64,000 nt of DNA. It comes from Adineta vaga (taxonomy: Eukaryota; Animalia; Rotifera). The DNA lies in contig CP075492.1 in the NCBI GenBank assembly GCA_021613535.1, forward strand, positions 17,732,001 through 17,796,000, written 5' to 3'. Under the pieces are notes generated by a model that made no database searches, was not told where the DNA came from, and was given only the letters and a program-made list of their open reading frames with translations. Positions 62,115-64,000 of this stretch are shown piece after piece. The position numbers and the translations under genes were made by a program. Within the stretch, counting starts at the first letter, position 1. Each line of letters starts with the position of its first letter.

Positions 62115-63360
62115 TGAGATACAGGTTGTGTTCTTTCAATAAAAACATTATTTCTTAAAATAATTTTGTAAACAAAAAATATTTTATTTGTACAAATAAT
62201 AGAAACAAAAAAAACTTCTTCTTTTCACATCTTAAGATCATAAATAATTTGTTTAGTTGATAAGTCGAGTTATTGTTATATTGGTGGTCCATGTAATACT
62301 CAAGTTAAAGGTATTGGTTTAACACTTGATGATATTTTACGTCATAGAATTAATCGAAATATGACGATAAAAGATCAACCATTTGTTATCAAAATAAGTG
62401 CTGCTTTGACAATGATTATGCTTGTTGTGGGTGTTCTAAGTAGCATTTGTTCAATTTTAACATTTCAAAATGAAATTTTACGAAAAGTTGGATGTGGAGT
62501 GTATCTTTTAGCATCATCGATAACTTCTCTTTTAACAATTATTATGTTTACAATTAAATTTTGGTTTATTCTTGTTACACAAATGAACAATATATCTATT
62601 CATTTATCTATTCTTGAAGGTGGTTGTAAATCAATTGAAAGTCTTCTTAAATTTTTCATTTATTGGGATGCTTGGCTCAATGCATGTATAGCTATTGAAC
62701 GTGCAATTAATGTTTATAAAGGAATTCGATTTAATAAAGAAAAGAGTAAACGTTATGCGAGATGGATTATATTTATCTTGCCATTTTCTATCATGGCTAC
62801 AATCATTCATGAACCTTTATATCGTCAAATCTTCAATTATGGAATAAAGGAAATGAACGTAATCCATACATGGTGTACAACTTCTTATTCAGAATCAGTT
62901 CAAAAGTATAATACAGCCATTTTATTTATTCATCTTCTTGGTCCATTCTTTGCAAATCTTTTCTCTGCTTTATTCATTATTATTGGAAATGCTCGACGAA
63001 GAGTAGAAGCTCAAAAAAGACAAACATATAAACAACATATTTATGAACAATGGAAAGAACATAAACAACTTGTTATCAGCCCCACAATTCTTCTTCTTCT
63101 ATCATCACCACGTTTAATCACTTCTTTGTTATCTGGATGTATCGATGTATCTGGTCATTTATGGTTACATCTTTCTGCTTATTTTATTTCATTTTTACCA
63201 TCAATCCTTTTCTTTGTTGTTTTTGTTATTCCATCGACTTTGTATAGAAAAACTTTCAAAGAATCGGTTCTTCGACTTTGTCGAAGACAACGATAACATA
63301 ACAATTCTGGAAATATTTCCCAATAAATTCATTAGTAAGACAAAACAGCAAAAATTTTCA

Positions 63361-63418
63361 TCTTGAGGATGTGGGTGGTCTTTCAATATAAGCCATACTC
63401 TAACCCACATCCTAAAGA
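63361..63418. repeat. Telomere-like inverted-repeat element between convergent gene ends
   Basis: tcttgaggatgtggg...cccacatcctaaaga. Confidence 0.85.
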
Positions 63419-63458
63419 TAATCATTGAACCGAAACGAACTTAAATTAAGTATAAAAA

Positions 63459-63865
63459 CTAAACAGTACAGTAACGCGAAGTACAATACGGTGGTCTTAT
63501 GAGGAAAAACACATAAAAACTATCGCATTTTGTCACTGACACTGTGTTCGACCAAATGCATGGATTTCCACTCCAATGGTAACAAACAGTTCCAGATACG
63601 GTGATGCCAATTTCGGATGGAAATGCACCAACAAACCAACCGGTGGCTTCGGTTCCGCATCGATTTATAGGTACAACATATTGAACTAGCATTGTTCCTG
63701 CACCATTCGAGAAGCGAAACCATGATCCTGAATTTATTATTGGATCTGATTGATCGCACAATTTAATTGTAGATAGACTATTAATATTTCGTGTACTATC
63801 GGTGATCAATATATAATTTGAACATTGTGAGGGAAGAGAAGACGTCGTAGTTGTTATTGTACTCA
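63459..63865 (-). CDS. Terminal exon with uromodulin/GP2/OIT3-type D8C domain
   Basis: CD...WFRF...GTML...CGTEATGW...VCYHW...C.W...V..C..FYVF.L..P..C..RYCT; Thr-rich linker; the gene continues beyond the window. Confidence 0.85.
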
Positions 63866-64000
63866 CTAAATGCACGTACAAATTAAAAAAAAGGAAAACG
63901 TGTTAGAAGAATGGAATAAATAAATTCATTGAATAATACAGAATCAATATACTTACTACAATCATTTTCAATTAAATGAAACTTTTGAATGCGATGATTA

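Larger units (their letters stand above)
53369..63296 (+). pseudogene. Signal peptide-NHL-three repeated exon domains-7TM GPCR gene, disrupted
   Basis: Exon 53369-53414 (MILISILMILMNGIS); NHL exon from 54209 split by a transposon; related exons ~59933-60322, 60983-61382 and 61474-61861 (YYE..I.V...Y.L..T); in-frame TAA at 61527-61529; 7TM exon to 63296 (GCGVYLL, WLNACIAIER). Confidence 0.8.

Noticed and set aside
1-64000. tRNA, rRNA or retroelement reverse-transcriptase genes
   Set aside because: None recognised by eye; a covariance-model or HMM scan would be needed to exclude them.

Overview
AT-rich eukaryotic DNA with short (~50-55 nt) GT-AG introns. The gene families (ART-TPR, NHL, NHL-GPCR, LDLa/EGF-GPCR, FG-GAP, F-box/LRR) and the TGTGGG repeats suggest a bdelloid rotifer such as Adineta; this is an inference. 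The window looks like a fast-turnover defence/detox region. It holds two ART-TPR genes, an ART-NHL gene, a stand-alone MLKL-N-terminal-like gene, a divergent pair of AIG1/GIMAP-like GTPases, an RBR ligase, a ubiquitin-like gene, a P450, a carboxylesterase, two candidate horizontally acquired genes, GPCRs and many pseudogenes. Two transposons appear intact: a DD37D mariner, and a 4.6-kb element with 821-bp TIRs inserted at AAA|TTT without a TSD. Main observations not visible in the ORF track: (1) an F-box gene whose LRRs are ten mosaic 84-nt phase-0 cassette exons, variable at the predicted binding face; (2) more than 20 dispersed short inverted repeats built from telomere-like units (TCTTGAGGGTGTGGG...CCCACACCCTCAAGA), several lying exactly at duplication or truncation junctions; (3) the TSD-less long-TIR transposon. 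All calls come from manual motif reading; no database searches were run.
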